A stretch of DNA of 64,000 bases from Curvularia clavata (Eukaryota), in the NCBI GenBank assembly GCA_023920165.1, contig CP089281.1, positions 1,674,001 through 1,738,000 of the forward strand, in the 5' to 3' direction. The notes under the pieces were generated by a model. The model did no database searches. It had not been told where the DNA came from and was given only the letters and a program-made list of their open reading frames with translations. Below are positions 1 to 12,392 of the stretch, one piece after another; the stretch's first letter is position 1, and every line of letters starts with the position of its first letter. Position numbers and translations under genes: made by a program.

Positions 1-1059
1 CAGTGTTGCGGGTACGGTAGCCGGTGGGGATGTGGATACAGTGGGTCTTTTGCACTCGAGCGGATTTGCGTAGGTGGAGGGGAAGGTAGGGGCAGATTGA
101 AGGAAATGAGGGGAGGGGGTGGTAGATGAGGCTGGAATTGAGAGGCTTGAAAGCACGATGATATGTTTAGCAGAAAGATATCTTCGCAGAAGAAGGAGTG
201 GGATCAGGGCCGAGCATGGAGCAGGAAAGTATGTGCGAGGATAAACGTATGGGTGGCTGTGCTGTTTGTTCGGTAATTTTGAGGCAAGGCTAGCAGATTC
301 CTAAGGGACCAATACATTGCTGGCGATGTTGCGAGTACTGGAGGTCTGCGTCTCTGAGCAAGCAGGAACTAAATGATGCGGAGAGAGCACATAGTAGCAA
401 GATGGGGAAGCGGAGGGCTTCGCTCAAGTCGCCAGATTATGAGTTTGACACTAGAGCTGAAGCTGCGATGCTAGGACCAGTGGGTTTTTGGAACGTATTG
501 TAGATGTGTTTGGTGGGGGGACTGTCCACATGTAGCTGTTGGGAAAACTTCCTCTCTTGTTGCATACTTTTGCAATAGAATCCACAGCTAATTCATATAG
601 GTGAATAGAGAAACCAGTTAGTGTGGCTAGATAAAGCAATAGATCTCAAATCCTGGTATTCAACTGACGAACAAAATACCAAAAAGTGGCTGCCCGGCTT
701 TGCCTGCGACAACCATGTATATGGGACCCGTACCTTGAACATTTCCAAGATCAGTCCCAAAGATCTAAGCTTTGCACAATTTGGCCTGAGAGTTTTAGTC
801 CAGAGCTTGACACTGTTGATGACTTACGTTGAGGTAACACGAATAGATATCTTACTAATGTAATTGGTGGGGTTTTGTCGCGCTCGTTGCACTGCGTACG
901 TACAAAAATCTACGGCCGATTGACGGGTAGCATTCACTAAACAAAAAAAATGTCTCGGGTAATGTCTTCTTCAAGCTTGAGCTTTTTTGCCTTGATACTT
1001 GATCGCAGTGTTTCTTTTTCATCTACTCATCTAGAATCCCAGTTTACCACTTGGAGAAA

Positions 1060-2261
1060 ATGACCTCAAAGCTCAATGTAGCTGTAGTTGGCGCAACGGG
1101 AGAAACAGGAGCCTCAATTGTAGATACGCCACTTGACAGCCCTGGGGATTTCGTTCATTATGCTCCCCTTATTCATGATTTTTGAAGTCGTAATAGTTAT
1201 TATTAAAATAGGAAATTTTGATTTTCGTTCAACCAGCCTCAGCCAGTAAACAAGCGGTACTCGCATACGCTCAACAAAGAGTAACTGTGGAGAGTATGGA
1301 ACTTAACGAGGTTACTGATGCTGTTACCTTAACACTTATTGGCATTCGTGTTGTCGTCTGTTATTTGACATTGATTCAGGCCAAGGAAAAAACCGTGATT
1401 ATCGAGGCGTGTAGCGAAGCCAAGGTGGGCGGCAATGTGCCCTGCCTACGGCGTAATACCATTGAGAGAAATGGTAGGTATCACTTCCTACTAGTAGAAG
1501 TTTCTTGTGCGCTGCTTCTGCAAATTCTCTAGCAAAAACTGCGTATCAAAAAGAGCAAAATCTCGGTTTGGTAAAAACGCCTCTACCTCCCATATACTGT
1601 GATTGATATAGGTCAGTGGTGTCAACTAGCTTTGCCAGTGCTTCCTTCTGGAAAGCTTCAAACACATATATTCCCTCCATGAAACTGAAAGATCCCTCTC
1701 GCATTAATAGACAACTGCGACCTCTGAAAGTTTGTTATGGGGATTGTTCCTGATCAAAGGACGTTGAATAAGACGGTTTTCTGCTACAACGAAGTACTGA
1801 CCATGAGTTACATCTGGGACGAACTTGAGAAATTGTCTGGCGAAACGATTCCAAGAATTTATGTGAGCGTCGTTTTGCTTTGTAACCTGCTACATGGCCT
1901 TGGAACCCTTTGCGACAGATTGTTAGATCAGATTTCGAAGCAGGAATTGGAAGAGAAGATTTCTCGGGCTGCAGAAACACTGGCGAGATCTTTCGACGAG
2001 GCAGCCCAAGTCGATGTGGATATGGGCTAGTACATGTACATGCTGGGCATTCGAGGCGACAATACTTTAGAGCACGCAAAGTATCTCGGCTACCTTGATA
2101 CGAGAGAACTTTACCCAGAATTCAAGCCCACACCGGTTGCTTCTTACCTAGATGAGAGGTTGCCAGGGACAATCCCGAACGCCTATGAGGGCAGAACTGG
2201 TCACCAAATCAGTCACCATACAAGTCTCGTAAGAAGAAGTGCAGTGATGTGTAAAGACTAA
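1060..2261 (+). pseudogene. NmrA-like / isoflavone reductase family oxidoreductase, disrupted
   Basis: ATG at 1060 gives MTSKLNVAVVGATGETGASIV (Rossmann GxxGxxG). Later family-like fragments lie in different frames: VPC, RLYLPYTVIDIGQWCQLALPVLPSGKL, DQRTLNKTVFCYNEVLT, GIRGDNTLEHAKYLGYLD. Frameshifts occur near 1450 and at the A-run 1573-1577, and there is an in-frame TAG at 2028-2030. Residual introns at about 1152-1211 and 1863-1931. Confidence 0.85.
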
Positions 2262-5200
2262 AGGCAGCACATGTTGTTGATGCCGAGAAGACACTGGAAA
2301 TTTGAAAATCACCCACGCGGAAAACAAGTGCTTTCTACTGTAGTGTTATTGGCACTGCTATAAGGACCAAACCTACAAACAGTCTTGGGGTGTGTCCTTG
2401 GGCACGTGATCTTTAGGAAAGGCAGTGAGATAGCAATGTGCTGGCAAACGGATAGACAACAGTGCGCTTGTCGCAAACGCCTGAATCACATTATTCCGAG
2501 CCAACAGTGTCTTCTTGGCGTGATACTGGGCAGGTGCTAAGTAAGCCAAGTTCCAGGGGTGGCTGTACACGCCCCAGTGATATATCCAGCTCCACACGGT
2601 AGGGTGCATGGACAACCTGCTCCTGCTGCAACACTTGAGAGATGCTTAATGTCTTTCTAGGACTGCCATTTAATAGAAGCCACGACTGCCAGCAACGTGA
2701 CAGCGCATCTGTGGTCTAGGCACCGGTCGAGGACGGAGAGAAGCGTACATTCGGAGTATATGGTGCATGTGACGCAGCACTGTGCACACATGGAGACCAC
2801 TAGACGTAATTTCGCATTCAGAAAAAAAATCCATGCCATTTAAAAATCCACATCAAGCACCTATCTCATTCACAATCGTCATCACATAGCCCGCACCCGT
2901 GACAAGCGCTACCCCCACACCGCGTGTATTTAGTACCAGACCCCTCTTTCGCTACTTTCCCACCTTTCCTCCGAGCGAGAGGCGAATATACCGCAACGGG
3001 TAAGCCCCTAAAATCCTCCCCTCCAAGCCGTAGATTGTAGCGAACGACGTTCGCTCCTCCTTACCGATGTCCTGCCCGCCCTTTCTAACCTTTTACTGAT
3101 ACATGCCCGCCCGCCCCGCGCCCGTTTGTCCGCGACTCGCGCGAACTGTTGAAGGGACTACCCTTTTTTTTAACGCTGCTGAGGCGAGCGCTTAACCACG
3201 ACGGTTTTTTGTTGGCACGCTATGGGCGGGTAATAAATAAGATGGGGGATGGGGGGCCTGACAAGGGTGCGGTTGCTTGCTTGCGTGATGATGGTAATGG
3301 TGGAGGGAGTCTTGGGTTTTTCATGCGATGGGGCTTGGGATATGAGCATGGTAGGAGCTAATTTTACTGTTGAGAGAGGGGACACGAGGGTCAAGGTTTA
3401 GGGGCGCTTTTGAGTTCCTGCGTGAGGGAACACTCGAAAAGATTGATTTTCCTTCTGAGGAAAGTGTTTTTTCCTTATTCTTTCTTCTTTTGATGGTATG
3501 TGCAGTTGCGTTGGGACAAGCTGCCTTAAGCTATTGATGGTGTATGGGCAGTGGTACACATGTATGATTGTATTTGTCCACGTTCCACTGTGACTTAGGA
3601 AGGACGTGGGATCTGAGGAGTGCGTCTGCTGTGTAATACTTTGACAATGGGTATCGCATGACGAAGTGTTTTTTAAGGGCCCAGGAACCAGCTCTTGGGC
3701 GCGCAATGAATCGCCCATACATATTTTGTCGCTCCGGGCTACCATTTGCCGTCTGGACGTTCCGGAAGAGACTATGGGACTCTAGCGGGGAGTGTGCGTA
3801 GCCACTTAATGGACCGGTGTGTATACTTGTTTTTAAGTTCACCTAAACCATATTCTACGTGACTCGGGCATTCATGCAGGAACCAAGTGCCGGGCTGGTG
3901 GAGTTAACTACCATTGTGAGTATATTTCCCCGTCCGAGTGGGGGAAAATCGAGGACGTAGAATTTCGTTGACCGTGTACGTAAATCAGTGAAAGCATCGA
4001 GGGACTTAACGTAAACAAACCATGAACACCATGCAATGCCAGAAGACCCGTATTCTTAGGACCAATAAGAATGGGGTTTCAGATTCTGGCCCTTTCTCTA
4101 TGTAACACCGGTAAACAGCTACTCCAATGCTACAGTCTTGTATATGCATGCATACCGCAGAATGAGACTGTCAGCTTACAGCTCTCGTAACATCCACCCA
4201 GCAAGACTAGGCTTTGTGTGCTCAATCCCAAGCATCCAGCGTCTCGATTGGCTTGTTGGGCCTGGATAACTTCCTGCAGCACATATCTACCAGATTATTA
4301 GGGCAACCCCTTCAACGCGTTGGAATATGTGTTTGAATGGGCCGTGGTCAGGGAATGGGATTCATATTTTTCTTGAGAATGATAATGTGGGATACGGATT
4401 ACGGAGTACTCGTTTGTATGGAAGAATGCTAATCCGTGGATGATAATCGCATGTTCTACAGTTGTGAGAATGGGAGGCTGTTAAAGGCGTTTCGATCATT
4501 CAAGTCCTTGGTGAAGCAGGTGCTTAGCTGCGACGGGAGAGTCAGTATGCCCTGGTGATGAACACGTGCCAGAGCCGCTCTGGCGCACATAGGGTTCAAC
4601 AAGACGTAGCAAGATGATATCATTGCTTTTATCAAGTCTTTTGGTTTCGGCTTCGTTCTGCTGACTTTACGTCGGGCTTGAACATTTGCGTGAGAACTTA
4701 CGGCCGATAGCGAGATGTTGGGGTGTTTGAGGCTCTTCTCCCCCTTGCTCCAATAGCAGGACTATTATGGCGCTTTGCTTGATGAGGCTCTTTGTTGAGC
4801 AATGCACTCGTTTCAGACTGGCAGTGAGTTCGTAACATGACGCATCATCCTCCGACATGTGTGGCTCCGCGGTGACTGGGTAGCCATGTGGAATGGGTCG
4901 CTCCGAGATGTCGTCGCCAGGCGCGGCTCCAGACGGGTAGGCTGCTCCACTCGAGGGACGGCGGCATCATCCGTGTATGCCGTACAGCAACGATAGCGGC
5001 AGTTGTCTAGGCTGATCGCGCAGCTCGGATGGAGACGAATTGTTGAGACGTACGGCTGGTCGCAGAAGTTCAGCTCTTGACGAAGGCGTGTGCCACAGCT
5101 TGCGGGGGGTTATCCGTACAATGGAACACGCTCGTGCCGGTCAACCGCATGATGCGTGTGTCCTCTGAGAAACTGCATAATGCTTACTGCTGGCGACAGA

Positions 5201-5802
5201 CGTTCTTGTATGTTTCACCATCGGCGAGACAGGCTGGTGGTGCCGAAAGTCAGCCCGCCCCACCAGCAGCGGCCGTGCGTCCACGTTGTTGACCACGTGG
5301 GAGGCATGCATTTCATGCAGGCGCATGGACTGCTTCAACGGCGCTACCGCTCCCTCACCACTCCGGACGGCCGATACGAGGGCGATCGACGCGTGATTGG
5401 CATTTTGCGGACATCAGGCTGACGGCTCACGATGCGCTTGCGAGCAGACTCGACGATCCTTGGCTGGTTTGGGACGAGCGGCCTCTGGGCAATAAGAATT
5501 CATTAATAACCAGGAACAGGCCAGGACCCATTGCGGGAACAAAAGGGGCGTGTGCTATCAGCGAAAGAGTTTGCAATATGCGAAGTATCCTGTCTCTTTG
5601 TTCGGCACCACTTGCACGCATGTGAATGACAAGCCCGGCAGGCTCAAAGAGGACTAGCATGACCTCGACACCGTAACGTTAGTTGAGAGCGACCACCCGA
5701 CCGACGACCGACGGCTAGAGGCTGTGGGCGAGCTGAATAGCTGGGGTACTAGGGACTAGCTGCAGAGCTCGAAAAGGGGACCCAAATACCCTGGTTATAA
5801 TG

Positions 5803-5827
5803 GAGAGAAAGAGAGAGATAGAGAGAG
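5803..5827. repeat. imperfect (GA)n microsatellite
   Basis: gagagaaagagagagatagagagag read directly. Confidence 0.7.
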
Positions 5828-6964
5828 CAGAACAAATGCCTCCAGCTGACCGGTGCTTATGCATCTTGTCCTCAGGACTGTATCAACCCGGCGTATGGTT
5901 ATGTGCGGTTGATGGAAGCGGGCTAACGCCTCGCACGACCAGCAAACGCGTACCGCCCATGCACCAAGGCCGGTAGTGGCGGCAAAGTGGGTTCCCGCGT
6001 ACGAGAGAGAACGTGGTAGACGGGCTGTAGGGCCTATAAGCGTGGTCTGTCAATCAATGCCTGCGCAGCCAACACGCCCACGTTGGCACCACTGGCCGCC
6101 TCCAGACTGCGCCCAATAACCCTGGACAGCTGTCATACGGGCGTTGGCTGCATAGAGTTTGTCTCTCAATAACAAAGAGATGCTCTCGTATGCATGCATT
6201 TCGGCGTAGTCTTATTTGGTATGATGGCGCTCATGTTGGTACGACATGGCTCTCGATGCAAGCTGGCGGCAACAGCCAACTCTCTCTCCACCTCACACAA
6301 CCATGGAATCCCATGTGGTCATCAAACGACAAGACCCGGCGCTGACAGGAGTGACACTTTGGCTCTGACTTGTCGCGCAAAGTCTATACGTGACTTTTGG
6401 CTAGCCTTTGTACCCCTGCCGGCAGATCTTGTCTAATACTTGGGCCGCTCCCTTGGCCGTCTTGGGCCCTTTGAAACACGCGAGGCGCGACACAGGTGAG
6501 CACAGGCACGCCCTCTGTCGACGTTCCATCTTTCGCCGCCTTATTCATCTAGCACACCAGCGGCCTCTAATCGTTGTCGCGCCATTATTTGCCGTTCACC
6601 GCTGTCTCGCCCTGTCGGTCGCTGTCTTATTAGGCCTTGCTGTCCCTTTCCCCTCTCAAAATTAGCCGGCGACCCAAATCCCCTGCCAACCTTTCTGCCT
6701 GCATTATGACGACTTCACTTGATTCTGAGCGGCCCATACTTGCCAACGTAAGTCATTCTTCCGTACGTACCCACTGTTCGTTTCAGACATCCCCTAGTCA
6801 TGGTCGGTGCGTACTTGTCGAGCACCTGCCCTCAGTGCGCCCCATCGTACTAGTACACCACGCTCCCTTCGCGCCCATTCTTTTGCCCTAACCTAACTCC
6901 CCCTCCAAACACCACTTCCGCACCCGTTTCCAACCACCATCGCAAACCACTCTTCTCTTCCACA

Positions 6965-7336
6965 ATGTCGCAACAAGCCCAGTCTAACATCAACAAAACC
7001 CAGACCCCCGCCAAGCGTGCCTCGACCCGCATGTCCACCTACAGCGCCACACCCACTCTGACTCCTTCAATCGCACCCTCGCACCTGTCCGAAGCCTCTT
7101 CTACCGCCGGCGATCCAAAGTCTCAAGACATCAAGTCATGGAACGCCGGCTTCAACCGTCTCGAAGATAAGCGCCTCGTCCAACAACGGTACGCTCTTAG
7201 CAACGAGAAGACCGACGACATGAGCAAGTTGGCTCTGGGTGCTAAACTCGACCGCGCACTTGGTCGCCGCATGTCAGGCCAGGATGCCGTCTTCCGACCA
7301 AGAGCCATGAGCGAGAAGAAGGAGGTTGAGGCGTAA
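6965..7336 (+). CDS. small hypothetical protein (123 aa), Ser/Thr-rich N-half, helical C-half
   Basis: Good start context (cacaATGt) after a CT-rich leader, and strong C-ending codon bias. The C-terminal block WNAGFNRLEDKRLVQQRY...KLALGAKLDRALGRRMSGQDAVF looks like a conserved domain. Confidence 0.8.
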   Translation: MSQQAQSNINKTQTPAKRASTRMSTYSATPTLTPSIAPSHLSEASSTAGDPKSQDIKSWNAGFNRLEDKRLVQQRYALSNEKTDDMSKLALGAKLDRALGRRMSGQDAVFRPRAMSEKKEVEA

Positions 7337-9415
7337 GAGCGTTTTACACACAAGGAACCAAAAAGTCATACTCTGGGCGGTTCACGCACTACGAATCTAG
7401 ATCCGTACACTCGGGCTGTCTGGCGCAGATACCTACGACTCCGGCTTTTCTTTCCATCTCACACTCAGCGCGAGTCTTTTTCTCCATATTTCTTTCGATA
7501 CCGGGTCAGCATGCCAGACATTCTGTGGATTTTCATTTTTTTAGGGAGGGGTACAGGACAACCAGGCACGGACAACATGGGCATAGCATGACTGGAGGGG
7601 CAAGAAAACACACACTGTTGTCACTGGCTGCAAATTCCCGCTTGGGGGATGAGTGTGTAGAGTACGGCGAGGCAATCGTACCGCCACAGCCCGCTGCTGT
7701 GTTTCGACATATCATTATCTTCACAGGACCATTCACAAGCACGAAAAGAGAAGCGGTGTGCGTATGCGCGGATGAGCCGGACATGGGGAGGCACAGTTTT
7801 GATATTATACCTATGGGCGTTTATAGTTTCGGCACTACTAATCTCTTTTTTACATGTACTCGTGCGTTTTTCCTTTTATCACACATTGTTCCCTCGCTCT
7901 CTGTGGGCCACTCTGCGTTTCCTTTTTTGCCTACATCCTCGTAGGACTCACTCAACCATCACCATACTCAGATATCGATGAAGCATAGACTCCCTTCTCC
8001 CTCTTGAAAGCGCACGCACGTGACGTTGACGTACCTACATACGTATCTGTGCACCGCCCGCCCGTATTTGTCACTGCTATTAAACTATCGAAAAACGGTC
8101 ACAAATAGTATACCTCTATCCGTGGCGTTACGCACGTAAGGCAAACACGATGTCAATCTTGTTCCAAATCCCTCTCTCTCTCCCTATTGTGCCTCTCTCT
8201 CTTCAGCCCGCGCACGTACACAACTCACTAGCCCGCGCCGATCTCTCCCCCCCTTCACCTGACCCGAGTGAACCCGCCTAACGAGACCCCCCGCCATCTG
8301 TGCCCAAGCGCTCTCGTGGGAAGATGTAGATCGTCATTTCCAGGGTTGGCTATTTTTTGCTTTTTCGGCATCGGGTACAGTAGTCTGGCGAGTGAATGGG
8401 AGAGAGGTATAACCTCCCCTTTCTGGCGCGCGTATAATACAGTAGTTGTATGTACGGATATGATTTGTTTATCTACTTTTCTTCATCGATTTCGGTAAAC
8501 TTATCCATAGAAGAAGAAATACGTAGGTGGCGCGGAAGATTCCGCTAGAGTGCGGATACGAGCGTATACACACGTCATCAAGGTTGAGTTGGGCGGGAGG
8601 AAAGGGAAGATGCGTGTTTGGGAACGCAAGTGTGAGTGTGATGTGGTTGGATGAAATTGGTGACTTCAGGTGATAGAGGCGTAGTTCTGTGTTTCCAAAC
8701 TATGTGCTGTGTGCTGGATGGAGGATGGCCTCGGATTTAAAATATGATGGCTATCAAGTCTCGGCTATTGTGGTGGAAATGACTCGATTAAAGTTTGGGG
8801 ATTGGGTGTTGTGGTTCTCCGGTTCCTCCCGTGGCTTTCATTGTGTGGCGTTTTGGAGGTCGATGAATAGGGTTGGGCGCGTAGGGATTGCTGTGTTTGT
8901 AACGAGGATGATTGAAATGGTCAAGAAGGGAGCAGGAGTTGAAAGCGAGTTATCCAGAGAGATTAGAGGGGATAATTATTTTGTGATCGATAGGGACACG
9001 GCCTCGGAGTTGGTTTATCTAGACTGTTGAGTTATTCAATTCTGGTTTGTTTAAGGTTATATCGTCTCTAATCAGCTAACATCTACATTTGAGAGTCCAA
9101 CCGTAATTCCTTTACACCACGCAGAACTATACGATGCTGCAGAACTAGTTGAGCCCGGCCCCTGGATCAACGGTACGTAGGTAGATAGTTTCCGTTATCT
9201 GCTGCATTGCTCTGAATGGATGAATGAGATGTCATCGTCCCGTGTTTGCCCCCGGTAGTTTCTGCAGACCAAGCATCCGTCGACCCGTAGTTTTTGTTGC
9301 CGTTAAAGTGCTGCTCAACCTCCGGTATCGACTCTCTTTACTCATAACCGCCTTTTGTTCTCTCCCGTTCGCCGCGGTTGCTCGAGCCCTCGTATCTGCC
9401 TGGCACCACTACCGC

Positions 9416-9652
9416 TTACCAACATTTTCCCGTTCTCCTCCTTTCATTCGCCAATTCCAGCTGTTCCCGTATTCCTCTCAATTCACTTTTGTGGTTTTGA
9501 TGGAGCTCCGCCAACAATCTCGCGTGCTCCTTCTTCAGTTCGACAAACTCCTCTTCCAGCTTCTCGTGCCAGGGATAAAGGACGAAGATCTGAAAACAGA
9601 GGGCTGAAGAGCCGATGAGAAAGTTGGTTAAAGAGAAGGTTTTCGTTATCAT
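9416..9652 (-). CDS. 78-aa single-pass membrane / coiled-coil protein, possibly mitochondrial
   Basis: acaATG start. Hydrophobic segment FSLTNFLIGSSALCFQIFVLYPW is followed by a charged heptad helix (HEKLEEEFVELKKEH). The FQxFVLYPWH motif resembles small conserved fungal proteins (recalled, not searched). Confidence 0.75.
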   Translation of the reverse strand: MITKTFSLTNFLIGSSALCFQIFVLYPWHEKLEEEFVELKKEHARLLAELHQNHKSELRGIREQLELANERRRTGKCW

Positions 9653-10464
9653 TGTTCCAAATGCAGAGAATTCCTGGACCGATATGCACGGGTGGTAGGA
9701 TCAATCCTGGACTTTCTGATCCGTAGGGTAAAGAGCAAGCCTTTCGTGAGCTGTTGGCGGTGATTTTAGGCAGCGCGTAGACTCAGAGAAGACGAAGATG
9801 ACCGAAGACGCCAGGCAGGAAATAGAAAAGCAGCGGGGAAAAGAGACGAAGTGGAAGGAGGAAGAACGGATAAAGAAGAAAACAACAGGAAAGAGAAGAG
9901 TTTAAAGCGGCCGAAATGAAAGAACCAACGCACGTAAAGTAGCTCACGGCCCTGGAAAACAGCCCAGGTAAACAGTCACATGGAAAGTAGACCCCATACC
10001 ACTCAGGGTGTTGCAGGCTACAAAGTGGCATGATGGTTTCCTTTTTGAGCCAAACAGGACTAAGGCCCGAAAGGAAATCAGACCACATCGCGAAACGAAC
10101 GGCACCTAGACCATAAGACGCGCTGTCGCGTGGCCGGCACTCTTGGGCTCATTCTCACAGTCCTTTTGAATACCGCTCAAAGCTCGGAAGCGAAAAAAAA
10201 AGGCAGATCTGATCGCTGTTAGACCAAAGTGCCAACAGTGGCAAAGATCACGTGCTAATCATTACTATTCTATGCATCCTGAGACGGTATTTTCTGTAAT
10301 CAAATCGACGTCATATCAAATACATTATAATAGAATTACATTTGAATCTGTGATACAGGCTGCTAAAGTCAATTCATTAGAAAAGTCGCATCGTTGCAGC
10401 TTACTGCGTCCTACAAGCCACAAACCACAAACCGCATCCACGCTTCTCTCCCTTCTGTCAAACC

Positions 10465-12392
10465 TCAACTCCCCACCGCAATCTGGCCCACCATCTCAAC
10501 AAGCACATTACAAACCCCATCCGCCCACACCGCAAACGCCTTTTCCCTCAACACACTGTACCAATCATCAGCATTGCAAATCTGGCGCCACCCCTCTGGC
10601 CCCAGCGACTTGATCACACAGCAGGATAAGAGCCTCTTATCTGCATCACTAGTCGAATGCAGAGGGACTGCAGAGGCAGAGGTCGGGGACACCTCCTCGA
10701 CTAGAGGTACTTCACTGGCCGTGGCTCCAGACGTAGATCTACTCATTGCAATGGATACTTGAGGGACATGCTCAGTTTGCAGGGCATTGGCTGCGGCGGC
10801 AAGGCCACGCAGGTTGTTGCTGCCGGGTTGTTGGATGGGTATAGCTGAAGGTTCAGGGTGGGGATGATTAGCCACAGCGCCTTGTAAGAGCGAGATGACC
10901 TCGCGGATAAAGTCGTTGTAGTCGTACCAAGCGAGGTGGGCTTGTGGTTCAGCAGTGATGCGTCTCTCGTCGAGTTTGGCGCATGGTGTAGTAGCGGATG
11001 ACGGCCCTAAGAGGAAGATGTTGATGTGAGAGAGATGCGGTTCGGCAGTATCTGCTCTCGACAACTAATCTAGGTCAGCGTGAAGACATACAAAGCCGGG
11101 AATGAACAACATACCTTCAAAGCTGAAGCTGCAGGTCCATGATGCTGAGTCTTCTGCTCCAAATCCGCAAGACACAACTGTTCCTGGGACGGGCACTGCT
11201 CAGAAGTGACACCCATTACCGGTGATGTTAGATTCGCTTGTGAATACCGACAAGAGTGACTTAGGCTAGGATCGAACGCTGTCTGCAAGTGGTGCTCAAG
11301 CCCATGTTCGTCGCGGCTCCCGCCTTGCTGAACCACAGGATCTACACTACCTTCCTTATCCTTTTTCTTCGAACCTCCTTTCCTGGTCTCGATCGCATAC
11401 TGTCGCTGCCGCTCATTCGTAACCATACGTCTCATGAGAGGCGTGACAAGACCAATAATCTTATTCCCATCTTTTGGCCACGTGAGGCGTTGATTTGGAT
11501 TAGGTGTCTCTGCCTCGCCCAGCGCACGAGCGGCTTCTAAAGCATCCTTCTCGCCTGGCTTCTCCACGTGCTCCCCAAAGAACTGCTCACCGATTCCATT
11601 GCTCAGGAAGTCGCGGACGCAATTGAAGAGCCTCAGTTTAACCATGTCGGTGTCTCCCTTGCCGCGATTGCCAACGCAGTTCTGTCTTTCGGGATACGCC
11701 GAGTCGAGCATGTATGCTTTAGCAGAGGCCTGGAGTTGGAGGAAGTTCTCGGGGCTGAGTTGAAGCGACATAAAGACCTTGGACATTGGCGGACGTGTGT
11801 ACTTGCGAGAGGTTCTCTCGGATGCCCGGCGGAACAGAGCAGCAGCGGAATGGACGCCTGTAGCACGAGCATCGTTTAGTCGAGACTCGCTAGAAGGTGA
11901 TGCACTACCACTGGCTATACTCCCACGCATGTTACAGACATCGCCTTGTAACTGAGGGTCCGTGGGGCTGCCATGTGTTCTCCTCCTAGCCGCAATAGAG
12001 TCGTCTGCTTGCTGCGAGGCATCTACCGCTGGAGAACCGATAGACCTCTTCCTCTTACCCCGACATTGCGACGACGCAGAAATCGTGCGATCTATATCAC
12101 TCATGTCCATGGCTTTCGCAGCGTTCCCAGCAGCAGTAGCCGCCTCTAGCAACTCCACCAGATTATGATTCTCTTCCAGCGTATGATCAACGGATGTCTG
12201 TCGTGCAGAGTGTTCAGGATATAAATGTGGACTGAGAGGACGATGATCGGGCGGCGTTGCAACAGCAGCGGGGTCAGCTAAATCATATTCTTCGTCTCCG
12301 GCTACGAATTGGGGCGCCGCAGCGTTTGCATTGTTGGATGTGGTCATGAACTGGCCGGGGTGCATCTGGTAGTATGGTGCGTTTGCCGTCAT
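10465..12392 (-). CDS. conserved fungal hypothetical protein, 2 exons (12392-11115, 11064-10465), about 625 aa, probably nuclear
   Basis: A 50-nt intron at 11065-11114 (GTATGT...GCTGAC...TAG) joins the two ORFs in frame. Basic NLS-like RGKRKR, and an ordered core RKYTRPPMSKVFMSLQLSPENFLQLQASAKAYML...KLRLFNCVRDFL. Confidence 0.8.

Noticed and set aside
2028..2030. TAG in the NmrA gene as an A-to-I editable stop (TAG to TGG)
   Set aside because: The position appears to correspond to Gln/Glu rather than Trp, and the gene also has frameshifts that editing cannot fix.
4555..4664. GTGATGA...CTGA pair with an internal GCCAGAG/CTCTGGC hairpin as a box C/D snoRNA
   Set aside because: No proper terminal stem and no rRNA-complementary guide I can recognise. 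A snoscan or Rfam cmscan hit would be needed to revive it.
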